Shown here in pieces: positions 17,605-26,729 of a stretch of DNA of 64,000 nt (positions are counted from its first letter, which is position 1; every line of letters begins with the position of its first letter). The DNA comes from an uncultured Candidatus Saccharibacteria bacterium (GTDB lineage Bacteria; Patescibacteriota; Saccharimonadia; Saccharimonadales; UBA10212). The translations under genes were made by a program, and so were the position numbers. The DNA is taken from assembly GCA_964400155.1 (NCBI GenBank), contig CAYNSQ010000001.1, positions 31,938-95,937 of the forward strand. Reading direction: 5' to 3'. The notes below the pieces were generated by a model. That model did not search any database. It was given only the letters and a program-made list of their open reading frames with translations, and had not been told where the DNA came from.

Positions 17605-18809
17605 GGTAGTAGTCCTTTATATGCCAGTCTCGCTCTTAAGTCTTGATATACATTCATAAAATTAATAAAGGCATCATAGGGAGAATCATATGGACTAAAA
17701 TAGGCATGGACATCGCCGTCGGAGAACCACTTTGTGCACATGTAATAATAATGGTCGCTCGTCTGTAGTTTTCGCCAATCATCAACTAGCTGAGAGTCAT
17801 TACTTTTCATGATGGCATCTTCTAATGAGTAAACAGCCTCTATGGCCTGTGCTTGCATAGGATTACCCAACCAAGCTGTTAAATCTCTTTCTGTATCAGC
17901 CCAAGTTGTAGTTATAGGCGTGTCAATAAAATCAACTGCTTCAAAAGTGTCTAGTGCTTTTGAAAAAGTCATAAATTCATGACCTGGTGTTTTTAACCAC
18001 TCATTAGGTAAATGATTTAAAAATTCAAAAATTCCTTTGTCTTCCCATTGGTGTTCTCCGAAAGTTTCATAATCCATGAACAAATTAAATATTTCTGCGT
18101 CATTAGTGTTAGACAGCCAATTTGTGAACTTATCTGCTGTTAGCGGCCATTCAACCCAATCCCTATTACCAAAACGAAATGCAATATCATCACTAAGTTT
18201 GTAGTTTTTGGCAAGCAAACGAATATTCTCTGTATAGCTTGGTCTATAAACATAGTTTGAATTGCGCCAGCCAAGTACCGGGTCCCAGCCTTCTGATAAT
18301 ATTCCCTTGAAGCCAGCTTTGTCAGCCCAATATGCCAAATCATTGTTGTATGCTAGTTCTGTATTTCTAAACACCTTTGGTGTTTGTCCAAACAGTTGTT
18401 CAATTTTTTGTTTATGAAGATCTACTTGACGTTCAAATTCCTCTAAAGAATAAAAGAAGGCAAGGCTATGATGGTAGGTTTCGGCAGCAATTTCGACTCT
18501 ACCGGTACTACAGAGTTTCTGAAAACTTTGTAGTGCTTCCGGTGCCCACATTTCTAACTGTTCAAGTACAGTACCCGTCAGAGATAAGTTAAGTCTAAAC
18601 TCAGGATGTCTTTCTAGTAACTCTAATAATTTGCTATTTGTGGGTAGGTAAGACTTGTTAGCAACTTTTTGCAAAACTTTCTTATTGGAATTTTCCAAAT
18701 TTTCATCGCCAAAATAATAATTATGGTCTTTGCTAGCGTCAAAAATTGTATAGTGTCGAAGTCTAAATGGCTGGTGGACATGCATGTAAAGTATAATTGC
18801 TTTTTTCAT
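17601..18809 (-). CDS. Glycoside hydrolase family 57 (alpha-amylase type)
   Basis: HVHQP, ETYHHSL, FRNTEL, FMDYETFGEH, QTSDHYYYMCTK. Confidence 0.95.
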   Translation of the reverse strand: MKKAIILYMHVHQPFRLRHYTIFDASKDHNYYFGDENLENSNKKVLQKVANKSYLPTNSKLLELLERHPEFRLNLSLTGTVLEQLEMWAPEALQSFQKLCSTGRVEIAAETYHHSLAFFYSLEEFERQVDLHKQKIEQLFGQTPKVFRNTELAYNNDLAYWADKAGFKGILSEGWDPVLGWRNSNYVYRPSYTENIRLLAKNYKLSDDIAFRFGNRDWVEWPLTADKFTNWLSNTNDAEIFNLFMDYETFGEHQWEDKGIFEFLNHLPNEWLKTPGHEFMTFSKALDTFEAVDFIDTPITTTWADTERDLTAWLGNPMQAQAIEAVYSLEDAIMKSNDSQLVDDWRKLQTSDHYYYMCTKWFSDGDVHAYFSPYDSPYDAFINFMNVYQDLRARLAYKGLLP

Positions 18810-20029
18810 ACCATCGCTCCTGCTAAATGGGCGTTGTATACTCCCATAGTTTTCCTGGCAGAAGTATCCCAGCTAAAGTTTTTAAGTTCGGTATAACCAT
18901 TGTCTCGTAATGATGCCGACAGGGCATCATTCCTTAAAAGTCCGACTATTTTGTTAGCCATTTCCAAAGTATCCCAAAAGTCAACCTTTAGGCAGGTGCT
19001 AAGCACTTCCGCAACGCCTGATTGTTTGCTTATTAAAACGGGTGTGCCATAACCAATAGATTCCAGTGGTGTAAGACCAAATGGTTCTGATACCGAGGGC
19101 ATTACAAACAAATCGGCAATTTTGTAGGTATCTCGCCATGCTTGACCTCGCAAAAACCCAGTAAAAATAACTCTATCTGCGATTCCCAGCTGTGCTGATT
19201 GCATAATTAACTCGTCTCGTTGTTCTCCATTTCCCACAAATAAGAAAAATGTTTTTGGTTCATGCTTGACCACCTGAGCAGCTGACTCAAGTAAATTAGG
19301 TAGTCCTTTTTGAATTGTAAGTCGGCCAACATTAGCGACAACTTTCCAGCCGCTGTTTTTCATGAGAGATAAGTACTCATAACAATTTGATAAAGAACCT
19401 GATTGGTTATCATCAAATTCAATACTGTTATGAATTACTTCAATTTTATCTGCAGGAATACCATAGTCTGTAACTATCATTCTCTTTACACGGTCACTAA
19501 CAGCAATGATTTTGTCGGCTATATGTAGTCCTAAATATTCAATTTCTCTAACTAATGGGTTACCTTGTGCGCCGGCGGCGCGGTCGCGTTCGATTGAATG
19601 GATATGAACTATCAGCGGTAGACCTGTAACTTCTTTGGCTCGGACTGCCGCCCTAAAAGTTAACCAGTCATGGGCGTGGATAATATTAAATTCTCCGAGT
19701 TTAGCAATTGTTTCTACAGTACGCTCATAGCCAGACTGGACATGACTTAAACTAACAGCCATGGGTTGATCTTTACCTACAAAATACATAAAACTGTCGT
19801 ATGCTCCAAAACCTGTTTTCAAATATTCTGAGACATCACTTTCTTCATTGACTTGGATAGAGGATGTAACTTTCATAAAACCAAAATTCGGACTTGTGTG
19901 AAATGGAATAACAAATTCAATATCTGCGCCGCTAAAAGACAGCGCTTTACACAAACTTAAACAGGCCACACCTAAACCGCCACTGTTGTGCGGTGGCAAT
20001 TCCCAGCCCAACATTAACACTTTTACCAC
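18806..20029 (-). CDS. GT4 glycosyltransferase (glycogen-synthase-like)
   Basis: MLGWELPPHNSGGLG, IHAHDWLT, MPSVSEPFG. Confidence 0.92.
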   Translation of the reverse strand: MVKVLMLGWELPPHNSGGLGVACLSLCKALSFSGADIEFVIPFHTSPNFGFMKVTSSIQVNEESDVSEYLKTGFGAYDSFMYFVGKDQPMAVSLSHVQSGYERTVETIAKLGEFNIIHAHDWLTFRAAVRAKEVTGLPLIVHIHSIERDRAAGAQGNPLVREIEYLGLHIADKIIAVSDRVKRMIVTDYGIPADKIEVIHNSIEFDDNQSGSLSNCYEYLSLMKNSGWKVVANVGRLTIQKGLPNLLESAAQVVKHEPKTFFLFVGNGEQRDELIMQSAQLGIADRVIFTGFLRGQAWRDTYKIADLFVMPSVSEPFGLTPLESIGYGTPVLISKQSGVAEVLSTCLKVDFWDTLEMANKIVGLLRNDALSASLRDNGYTELKNFSWDTSARKTMGVYNAHLAGAMV

Positions 20030-20164
20030 TTCTTTTTGTTACCCTCCGTGCTCATGGAGCCTTAATCACCTTTTATTATGATTGAAGAACACTTCAAACA
20101 CAACCGTTTTGCGCATGGTTTTAAAAGTGTTTTTATGGTATTTTTAGAAGAATTGGTTGTTTTT

Positions 20165-20241
20165 AGGGGAGTAGCTCAGTTGGCTAGAGCATCGGTCTCC
20201 AAAACCGAGGGTCGCAGGTTCGAGTCCTGTCTCCCCTGCCA
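20165..20241 (+). tRNA. tRNA-Trp(CCA)
   Basis: AGGGGAG/CTCCCCT stem, TCGGT-CT-CCA-AA-ACCGA, CCA end. Confidence 0.98.
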
Positions 20242-20300
20242 AGATACTTTTGTTTAAAGAATGTTTGAAACTTTATTTTAATTATGGAACAAATAAATAA

Positions 20301-20603
20301 ATGTCAGAATTTGTAACTCCTAACTATACACACGACACAGCTAAAGTGGAGGCAATAGTTAAAGAAGGTGACGCACTATTCATCGCGTTAATGGGAGCAA
20401 TTAAAGCAATTGATAAATGGGAGAGAGAAACATTAAACCCATTTGTTGTAGGCACCGGTTTAGAAGATTTTGCATGGGGTGAGCCTCAACCTGAAGGAAC
20501 TGAACTCATCCTGCGAATGTATAGAGAAGGGCCGTCAGCCGATGACGATCTTAAGGGAATACTTTCAACTTTAGAAGAAATGTATCCTGATCACGCAGAC
20601 TAA
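20301..20603 (+). CDS. Hypothetical acidic protein (100 aa)
   Basis: ORF downstream of tRNA-Trp; no motif recognised. Confidence 0.6.
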   Translation: MSEFVTPNYTHDTAKVEAIVKEGDALFIALMGAIKAIDKWERETLNPFVVGTGLEDFAWGEPQPEGTELILRMYREGPSADDDLKGILSTLEEMYPDHAD

Positions 20604-20797
20604 AAATTCGAAACTCGTCAACTAAGCCCTGACAGAAGGTCTAAACAACTTAAGATTTATCCATAACAGTTTAAAATTTTAATAATAGTAGAATTTGTTA
20701 AAAATTTAAAATCAAAAAACTATAGTGTAAAGACTATTTTTTAATTAGCTTTAACACTTTTATACCACTGACTTGAGATGGTAGAATAATTAACACT

Positions 20798-21457
20798 ATG
20801 AGTAAGTTGCAACTTGCAAAGCCAGTTTTAATCGGTTTTTATGGCTATCCCGGTTCTGGAAAGAGCTACTTGGCTCGCAATTTATCTGAAAGTATGGGTC
20901 TGGCGCACGTTAGCGCAGACAGGATTCGAAACGAACTTTTTGAAAAACCACGTTTTGATGAACAAGAAAATGCGATTGTAGACAACCTGATGCGTTACAT
21001 GAGCGAACAATTTCTCAGTGCAGGAGTGGGAGTTGCTTATGACGCTAATTTATCTCGCTCTAGCCAAAGAAAAGCAATAAAAGAGCTTGCAATTCGAAAT
21101 AAAGCCGATTTTTACTTGGTTTGGCTACAGATTGATGAAGAAAGTGCATTTGCTCGCACCCAGAACCGAGACCGTCGAACACTTGATGATAAATTTGCCA
21201 AACCACAAACTCGAGAAACTTTTGACAATCAAACTTCTGTAATGCAAAACCCGACAAGTGATGAAAGTTTGGTAGTTAGTGGCAAACATACCTTCATAAC
21301 TCAAAAAAGTGCAATTGTTAGTCGATTATTCCAAGACGGATTAGTAACAAATGATGACGCCAGAAATCATATGGCAAAACCAGGACTAGTAAATCTAGTA
21401 CCAAACCTTCATGCCGGTCGAGTTGATTATACTCGACGCAGTATTAACGTTGGTTAA
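20798..21457 (+). CDS. AAA_33-type P-loop kinase
   Basis: GYPGSGKS Walker A; ADRIRNEL; VAYDAN. Confidence 0.85.
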   Translation: MSKLQLAKPVLIGFYGYPGSGKSYLARNLSESMGLAHVSADRIRNELFEKPRFDEQENAIVDNLMRYMSEQFLSAGVGVAYDANLSRSSQRKAIKELAIRNKADFYLVWLQIDEESAFARTQNRDRRTLDDKFAKPQTRETFDNQTSVMQNPTSDESLVVSGKHTFITQKSAIVSRLFQDGLVTNDDARNHMAKPGLVNLVPNLHAGRVDYTRRSINVG

Positions 21458-21475
21458 TCATTTACAATATTTATT

Positions 21476-22183
21476 ATGGCGCAAAAAAGTGTTTTTGTTG
21501 ACGGTGTTGGGGAAGTTATACTGCAAAAACGTCGAGGAACAAAAAATCTAAGAATATCTATAGGTGCTAGCGGACAAGTTAAGGTAGGTATGCCGTCATG
21601 GGTTCCTTACGCAACTGGCGTAGCATTTGCTAAGCAAAAAAAAGAATGGATCAGTCTGCATCAAGAAAAAAGGCCAAAACATTTGCTGATGCCTGGCCAG
21701 CGAATTGGTAAAAGCCACAGAATATTTCATTTTTTAGCAGATGGACAAACAACTGTGAGATTAGTAAAAAACCAGATACAGATTAGAACAAACAGTCCAA
21801 TAGAGACTTCAATCATACAAGAAAAATTAACAAAGACAGCTGAGAAAGCACTAAAAAAAGAAGCGCAAGAATTGTTACCTAACAGACTCAGCCAATTGGC
21901 AACTTTGCATAGATATAACTATGAAGAAGTTGTTATAAAAAAACTTACTTCTCGTTGGGGAAGTTGTTCGGTACAGGGTAAAATCACCCTGAGTTACTAT
22001 CTTATGCAACTACCTTGGCCTTTAATTGACTACGTCATACTACACGAACTTGCTCACACAAATCATCTCAACCATAGCTCAAAGTTCTGGCAAGAAGTTA
22101 GCACTACTTGTAGTCAATACAAAACACTTCGCAAAGAAATAAAAAAATACTCACCGGTCGTGATGCCGCAATCTGTGGCATAA
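21476..22183 (+). CDS. YgjP/DUF45 family (M48-like) metallohydrolase
   Basis: SRWGSCS, DYVILHELAH, NHSSKFW. Confidence 0.92.
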   Translation: MAQKSVFVDGVGEVILQKRRGTKNLRISIGASGQVKVGMPSWVPYATGVAFAKQKKEWISLHQEKRPKHLLMPGQRIGKSHRIFHFLADGQTTVRLVKNQIQIRTNSPIETSIIQEKLTKTAEKALKKEAQELLPNRLSQLATLHRYNYEEVVIKKLTSRWGSCSVQGKITLSYYLMQLPWPLIDYVILHELAHTNHLNHSSKFWQEVSTTCSQYKTLRKEIKKYSPVVMPQSVA

Positions 22184-22191
22184 TAAAGATA

Positions 22192-23319
22192 ATGATTATG
22201 GTGGGTGACAAATTACCTCAAGAACAATCTGACAAATTAAGTGTCGAGCATCAAAGACTAATATCTATCATCAATAGTATGAGTGATGGGGTTATTGCTG
22301 TTGATGAGAATAAAGTAGTGATTAATAGTAACTCCATAGCTTTAGATCTGTTAGATGTTAACGTTTTGAACGGATTGCAGGTGGCTGACTGTCTACGTCT
22401 AGTTGATGCAAACAACAACCCAATAGATATATCAAATAAACTTAATGAAATTGATAAGGAATTTACCACAAAAGAATGGTTGATTACCTACCAAGACAAA
22501 TCTCAAGCAAATCTATATGTAAGTATAAGTCGAGTCCGAAGTGGATATGGAGGTGTATTAGCCGGTTGGGTAATTATTCTTAGAGATATTACACTAGAAC
22601 GCTCAGTTGAAGAAGAAAGGGACGATTTCATTAGTGTGGCATCGCACGAACTTAGAACACCAATTGCAATCACTGAAGGCAATATCAGTAATGCCTTACT
22701 AGCTGCAGAAAATTCATCCGTAGATTTGGCTATAAAAAATAGCTTAAAAGCGGCTCATGACCAAGTAGTATTCCTCAGTAGTTTGTTAAATGATCTATCA
22801 ATGTTATCTCGTGCTAATAGGGGTAACTTAGCTATGAATATAGTGGAAGTTGATATAACTGAATTTGTTAAAACACTTGCAACAGACTACAGGCCACAAG
22901 CAGAAGCAAAAGGGCTAACTTTGAGTGCTGAAATTAGAGAAGATATTGGCAAAGTAGCCACATCAGAGCTGTACCTAAGAGAAATAATCCAAAATTTTAT
23001 TACCAATTCAATTAAATACACAGAAAAGGGTAATATAAGTATTTCAGTCGAAGCTAAAGCTGAAAACGTAGTGTTTAAAGTAGTAGATACCGGTATTGGA
23101 ATTAGTAAAAGTGACCAAAACAAACTTTTTAAAAAGTTCTTTAGGAGTGATGATTTTAGAGTTAAAAAAGCTTCAGGCACAGGACTGGGTTTATATGTCA
23201 CAGCAAAACTAATCAAACTTATTGGAGCAAAGCTATCAATAGAAAGCCAATTAGACCACGGTACAGAAATAATTTTGAGTATACCAAGAGCAATTCCCAA
23301 CCAATCTATAAAAAGCTGA
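22192..23319 (+). CDS. Cytoplasmic PAS-domain sensor histidine kinase
   Basis: PAS (SMSDGVIAVD); H-box SHELRTP; N-box NSIKYT; DTGIGI; GTGLGL. Confidence 0.95.
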   Translation: MIMVGDKLPQEQSDKLSVEHQRLISIINSMSDGVIAVDENKVVINSNSIALDLLDVNVLNGLQVADCLRLVDANNNPIDISNKLNEIDKEFTTKEWLITYQDKSQANLYVSISRVRSGYGGVLAGWVIILRDITLERSVEEERDDFISVASHELRTPIAITEGNISNALLAAENSSVDLAIKNSLKAAHDQVVFLSSLLNDLSMLSRANRGNLAMNIVEVDITEFVKTLATDYRPQAEAKGLTLSAEIREDIGKVATSELYLREIIQNFITNSIKYTEKGNISISVEAKAENVVFKVVDTGIGISKSDQNKLFKKFFRSDDFRVKKASGTGLGLYVTAKLIKLIGAKLSIESQLDHGTEIILSIPRAIPNQSIKS

Positions 23320-23415
23320 AATTATCATTGCAAATATAGCACTTAAGGTGTAGTATTGACATATCAGCCCACCATGTAAGGTAGGCTTTTTTAGTGGGAA
23401 AATAGGAGTAATAAA

Positions 23416-23850
23416 TTGAGCGCTGCAACAGTTAAGAAAAAGGTACGTATCAGAAAAGCACCGCAAACAATGCGTGAGAAAACGGTTAGCGCAAGCACTA
23501 TCAAATCCCAATCACACACTAAAAGGGTAGCCGGCAAAGCAAAAAGCGCTGTTAAATCAGGTACAAAACCACTAAAGAAAGTATATTCAAAGAAACCTAG
23601 TTTGCCTCAAAACAAACTAACTTTGGCTATAGGCAAAATTTTTAGTCCAGTTAAAAAAGTACTTAAAAAACTTGCACCTACGTACTTTGTACACGCTTGG
23701 CGAGAAGTTAAGCTTGTGACCTGGCCGTCACGTCGTGAAACATGGAGGCTAACACTGGCAGTTTTTATTTTTTCAATAGTCTTTGGGGCAGCAGCTTACG
23801 CAGTTGATTCATTACTGGATAAAATATTTAGAACATTTGTATTGAAATAA
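23416..23850 (+). CDS. secE: Preprotein translocase SecE with long Lys-rich N-terminus
   Basis: WREVKLVTWPSRRE plus one TM helix; upstream of nusG. Confidence 0.93.
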   Translation: MSAATVKKKVRIRKAPQTMREKTVSASTIKSQSHTKRVAGKAKSAVKSGTKPLKKVYSKKPSLPQNKLTLAIGKIFSPVKKVLKKLAPTYFVHAWREVKLVTWPSRRETWRLTLAVFIFSIVFGAAAYAVDSLLDKIFRTFVLK

Positions 23851-23867
23851 GTTTAAGGAAATCATAA

Positions 23868-24410
23868 ATGACTAAGAGATACGATTCAACAAAGCAGTGG
23901 TACGCAATTCACACTTATAGTGGTTACGAGGAAAAAGTAGCCGAAAGTATTCGGCAACGTTCCGAGTCTCTTGATATGGGAGACAAGATATTCCAAGTAC
24001 TGGTTCCTAAAGAAAAAATGATTGAGATTAAAAACGGAAAACGTAAAGTTGTTGAAAAACGGATTTTTCAGGGTTACGTATTGGTAGAAATGAAACTTTC
24101 CGAGGATGCTTGGTATATAGTACGCAATACCCCAAATGTTACCGGCTTTGTAGGTACCGGTGCTGAGCCTACACCTGTTGAGGCTGAAGAAATTGCTAAA
24201 ATTTTGAAGCGCATGGGCAGAGAAGAGCCAAAACACAAGTTTGACTACCGAGTTGGCGAAGTAGTTAATATTATTGATGGTCCATTTAAAGGATTTGACG
24301 GAGCAATCAATGAGATTGATGCACAAAAAGGTAAATTGAAAGTATTAGTAAACATGTTTGGTCGCGAAACTCCGGTGGAACTTGACGGCCTACAAGTTAA
24401 GAGAGTCTAG
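23868..24410 (+). CDS. nusG: Transcription factor NusG
   Basis: WYAIHTYSGYE, VRNTPNVTGFVG, FGRETPVEL. Confidence 0.99.
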   Translation: MTKRYDSTKQWYAIHTYSGYEEKVAESIRQRSESLDMGDKIFQVLVPKEKMIEIKNGKRKVVEKRIFQGYVLVEMKLSEDAWYIVRNTPNVTGFVGTGAEPTPVEAEEIAKILKRMGREEPKHKFDYRVGEVVNIIDGPFKGFDGAINEIDAQKGKLKVLVNMFGRETPVELDGLQVKRV

Positions 24411-24419
24411 GAGATAATT

Positions 24420-24848
24420 ATGGCTAAGAAAGTAACAGCAACATTAAAAATGAAAATTAAAGGCGGTCAAGCGAGTGCAGCCCCGCCGGTTGGATCAACA
24501 CTTGGGCAGTACGGTGTAAACATGATGGACTTTATAACGCCCTTCAACGAGCAAACTAAAGACATTATGGGGCAGTCAGTCACAGTACATATAAGTATCT
24601 ACGATGATCGTAGTATGAGCTGGCGGGTAGTAGGTACCCCTACTGATGAATTGATATTATCAGCGCTAAAGGTTGACAAAGGATCAGGCGAGCCTAACAA
24701 GACCAAACTAACTAAAAAGTTATCTCAAGCTCAATTAACTGAGATAGCCGAGACCAAAGCCGAAGATATGAACGCAAAGGACATTGAATCTATTAAAAAA
24801 ATGGTAGCTGGCACAGCCCGTAGTATGGGCGTAGAGGTTGAAGTATAA
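24420..24848 (+). CDS. rplK: 50S ribosomal protein L11
   Basis: APPVGSTLGQYGVN, GTARSMG. Confidence 0.98.
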   Translation: MAKKVTATLKMKIKGGQASAAPPVGSTLGQYGVNMMDFITPFNEQTKDIMGQSVTVHISIYDDRSMSWRVVGTPTDELILSALKVDKGSGEPNKTKLTKKLSQAQLTEIAETKAEDMNAKDIESIKKMVAGTARSMGVEVEV

Positions 24849-24871
24849 TACTTAACAAGTAAAGTAATTGC

Positions 24872-24909
24872 TGTGGGAGGCTGAATAACAGTAAGTCGCT
24901 ATCACCACA
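24872..24909 (+). promoter_or_regulatory. Putative L1-binding mRNA leader between rplK and rplA
   Basis: TGTGGGAG...ACCACA stem next to the AAGGAG SD, resembling known L1 autoregulatory sites. Confidence 0.6.
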
Positions 24910-24920
24910 AAGGAGTAAAT

Positions 24921-25919
24921 ATGGCAGAAGCCAAGAAGACAACTAAAAAATCAGCAACCAGCAAAGCTGAAGTAAAAAAAGCCGAAAAACTGGCATCAGA
25001 GAAAACTACCAAAAAAATCAAAGAATTAGTTGAAACAGAAACTATTGCCGAAGCAATAGTAGAAGCTGAAAAACAAATCGAGCAAGAAGCTAACGAACAG
25101 AAGCCGCTTGCCAAAGCAGGTAAACGCAGCGCTAAGGCCGTAGCAGAAAAAAAAGCTGAATCAGCTAAGCAAGAACGTAAAAAAACGACCAAGGAAACTT
25201 CTGAAGTAAAACCAGCTCAAAAACCACCTCGCAGTAAATCCGAACGAGCTAGTAAAAAGTACCGAAATGCACATAAGTTGATTGAACCAAACAAAATATA
25301 TACTTTGCTCGAAGCACTAGAGCTTGCTACTAAGACTTCAACTACTAAATTTGACTCATCTGTAGAGTTACATATTAGGCTTGGAGTTGATCCTAAGCAG
25401 GCAGATCAGAATATTCGTGGAAACGTAGTGCTTCCAGCCGGTAGCGGTAAAACTAGTCGGATTGCTGTTATTTGTGATGTTGATGATGAAAAAGCAGCTT
25501 CATCAGCTGGTGCAGATATTGTTGGAGCTGAGAAAGTATTCTCCATGCTAGATAAAGAAATTTTTGAGTTTGATCTGCTGATAGCCTCTCCATCACATAT
25601 GTCAAAACTTGGTAAATATGCTAAAACTTTAGGTCCACGAGGACTAATGCCGAGTCCAAAAGCCGGAACAGTTAATGCAGATGTTGCAAAAGCCGTAGCT
25701 GAAGCAAAAGCAGGAAAAGTTGAGTACAGGGTGGACGCTAGCGGAATAATTCATCTTGCAATAGGCAAAGTTAGTTTTGGAGCTGCAAAGTTAGCTCAGA
25801 ACGCTGAAACCGTACTTGGGGCAGTTAAAGCTGCAAAACCTGCAAGTGCTAAGGGTATATATGTGATTTCAGTATTTGTAACAACTACAATGGGTCCATC
25901 GATCAGGGTAACTGTTTAA
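24921..25919 (+). CDS. rplA: 50S ribosomal protein L1 with ~105-aa K/E/A-rich N-terminal extension
   Basis: KFDSSVELHIRLGVDP, LGPRGLMPSPKAGTV, TTMGP. Confidence 0.98.
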   Translation: MAEAKKTTKKSATSKAEVKKAEKLASEKTTKKIKELVETETIAEAIVEAEKQIEQEANEQKPLAKAGKRSAKAVAEKKAESAKQERKKTTKETSEVKPAQKPPRSKSERASKKYRNAHKLIEPNKIYTLLEALELATKTSTTKFDSSVELHIRLGVDPKQADQNIRGNVVLPAGSGKTSRIAVICDVDDEKAASSAGADIVGAEKVFSMLDKEIFEFDLLIASPSHMSKLGKYAKTLGPRGLMPSPKAGTVNADVAKAVAEAKAGKVEYRVDASGIIHLAIGKVSFGAAKLAQNAETVLGAVKAAKPASAKGIYVISVFVTTTMGPSIRVTV

Positions 25920-25988
25920 ACTATAAAAAAGCACAACAAATATTAACTTGTGTAGTTCCAAGGCATGAGGCTAAACTAGAAGGAGCCT

Positions 25989-26702
25989 ATGGGAGTATAC
26001 TCAAACCTTGAATTAATAGACGCTCTAAAAAGTGGACATATCGTATGTGAGCCATTTCAAAAAAAGCATGTATCTCATGCCAGTCTTGACGTAACTTTAG
26101 GCCAATACTACTACCGAACGGAACGCTCAGACGAACACCCTGTCTACAACCCATTTTCAGAAAATGATGTAAGACGATATTTTGAAGGTGCGTTGCAAGC
26201 AGTTCCTCATAAAAAATGGTGCGAGCAAAATGGACTAGTGTTATTAGAAGGAATTCCAAGCAACCACCCCGTAATTCCGATTCGTCCCGGAGAGAGAATA
26301 CTGGCGCACACCCACGAATTTTTTGGTATAAAACCACCCGGAGCCTGCGAAGTTAAATCGCGGAGTAGCTGGGGACGCAATGGAGTTGCTGTTTGTTTCG
26401 ACGCAGGTTGGATTGACCCTGGTTATATCAACCGTTTGACTTTAGAGATATACAACTTAAATCAAAAAGAAACTATCCTATTACCTGTAGGCGAAAGGAT
26501 AGCTCAAATTGTATTTCATCACACTGGAGAAGTTGATGGTAACTACGGTCATGGACGTGATGGTGGATTTTCCGGTAAGTACCAGTCTGGATCTGATTTA
26601 CCAACTTTAATTAAAACTTGGAAACCGGAAATGATGTTGCCAAAGGCTTACAAGGACAGCAGGTCACTACCAAAACATATAAAAGGACTCAAAGGTAAAT
26701 AA
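25989..26702 (+). CDS. dcd: dCTP deaminase
   Basis: ASLDVTLG, SRSSWGRNG, AGWIDPGY, TLEI, RIAQIVF. Confidence 0.9.
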   Translation: MGVYSNLELIDALKSGHIVCEPFQKKHVSHASLDVTLGQYYYRTERSDEHPVYNPFSENDVRRYFEGALQAVPHKKWCEQNGLVLLEGIPSNHPVIPIRPGERILAHTHEFFGIKPPGACEVKSRSSWGRNGVAVCFDAGWIDPGYINRLTLEIYNLNQKETILLPVGERIAQIVFHHTGEVDGNYGHGRDGGFSGKYQSGSDLPTLIKTWKPEMMLPKAYKDSRSLPKHIKGLKGK

Positions 26703-26729
26703 GTTGCGGGTGGATATGAAAGAGGTTAT

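Noticed and set aside
20604-20797. oriC candidate (AT-rich, TTATCCATA at 20657)
   Set aside because: Only one imperfect DnaA box and no dnaA/dnaN nearby
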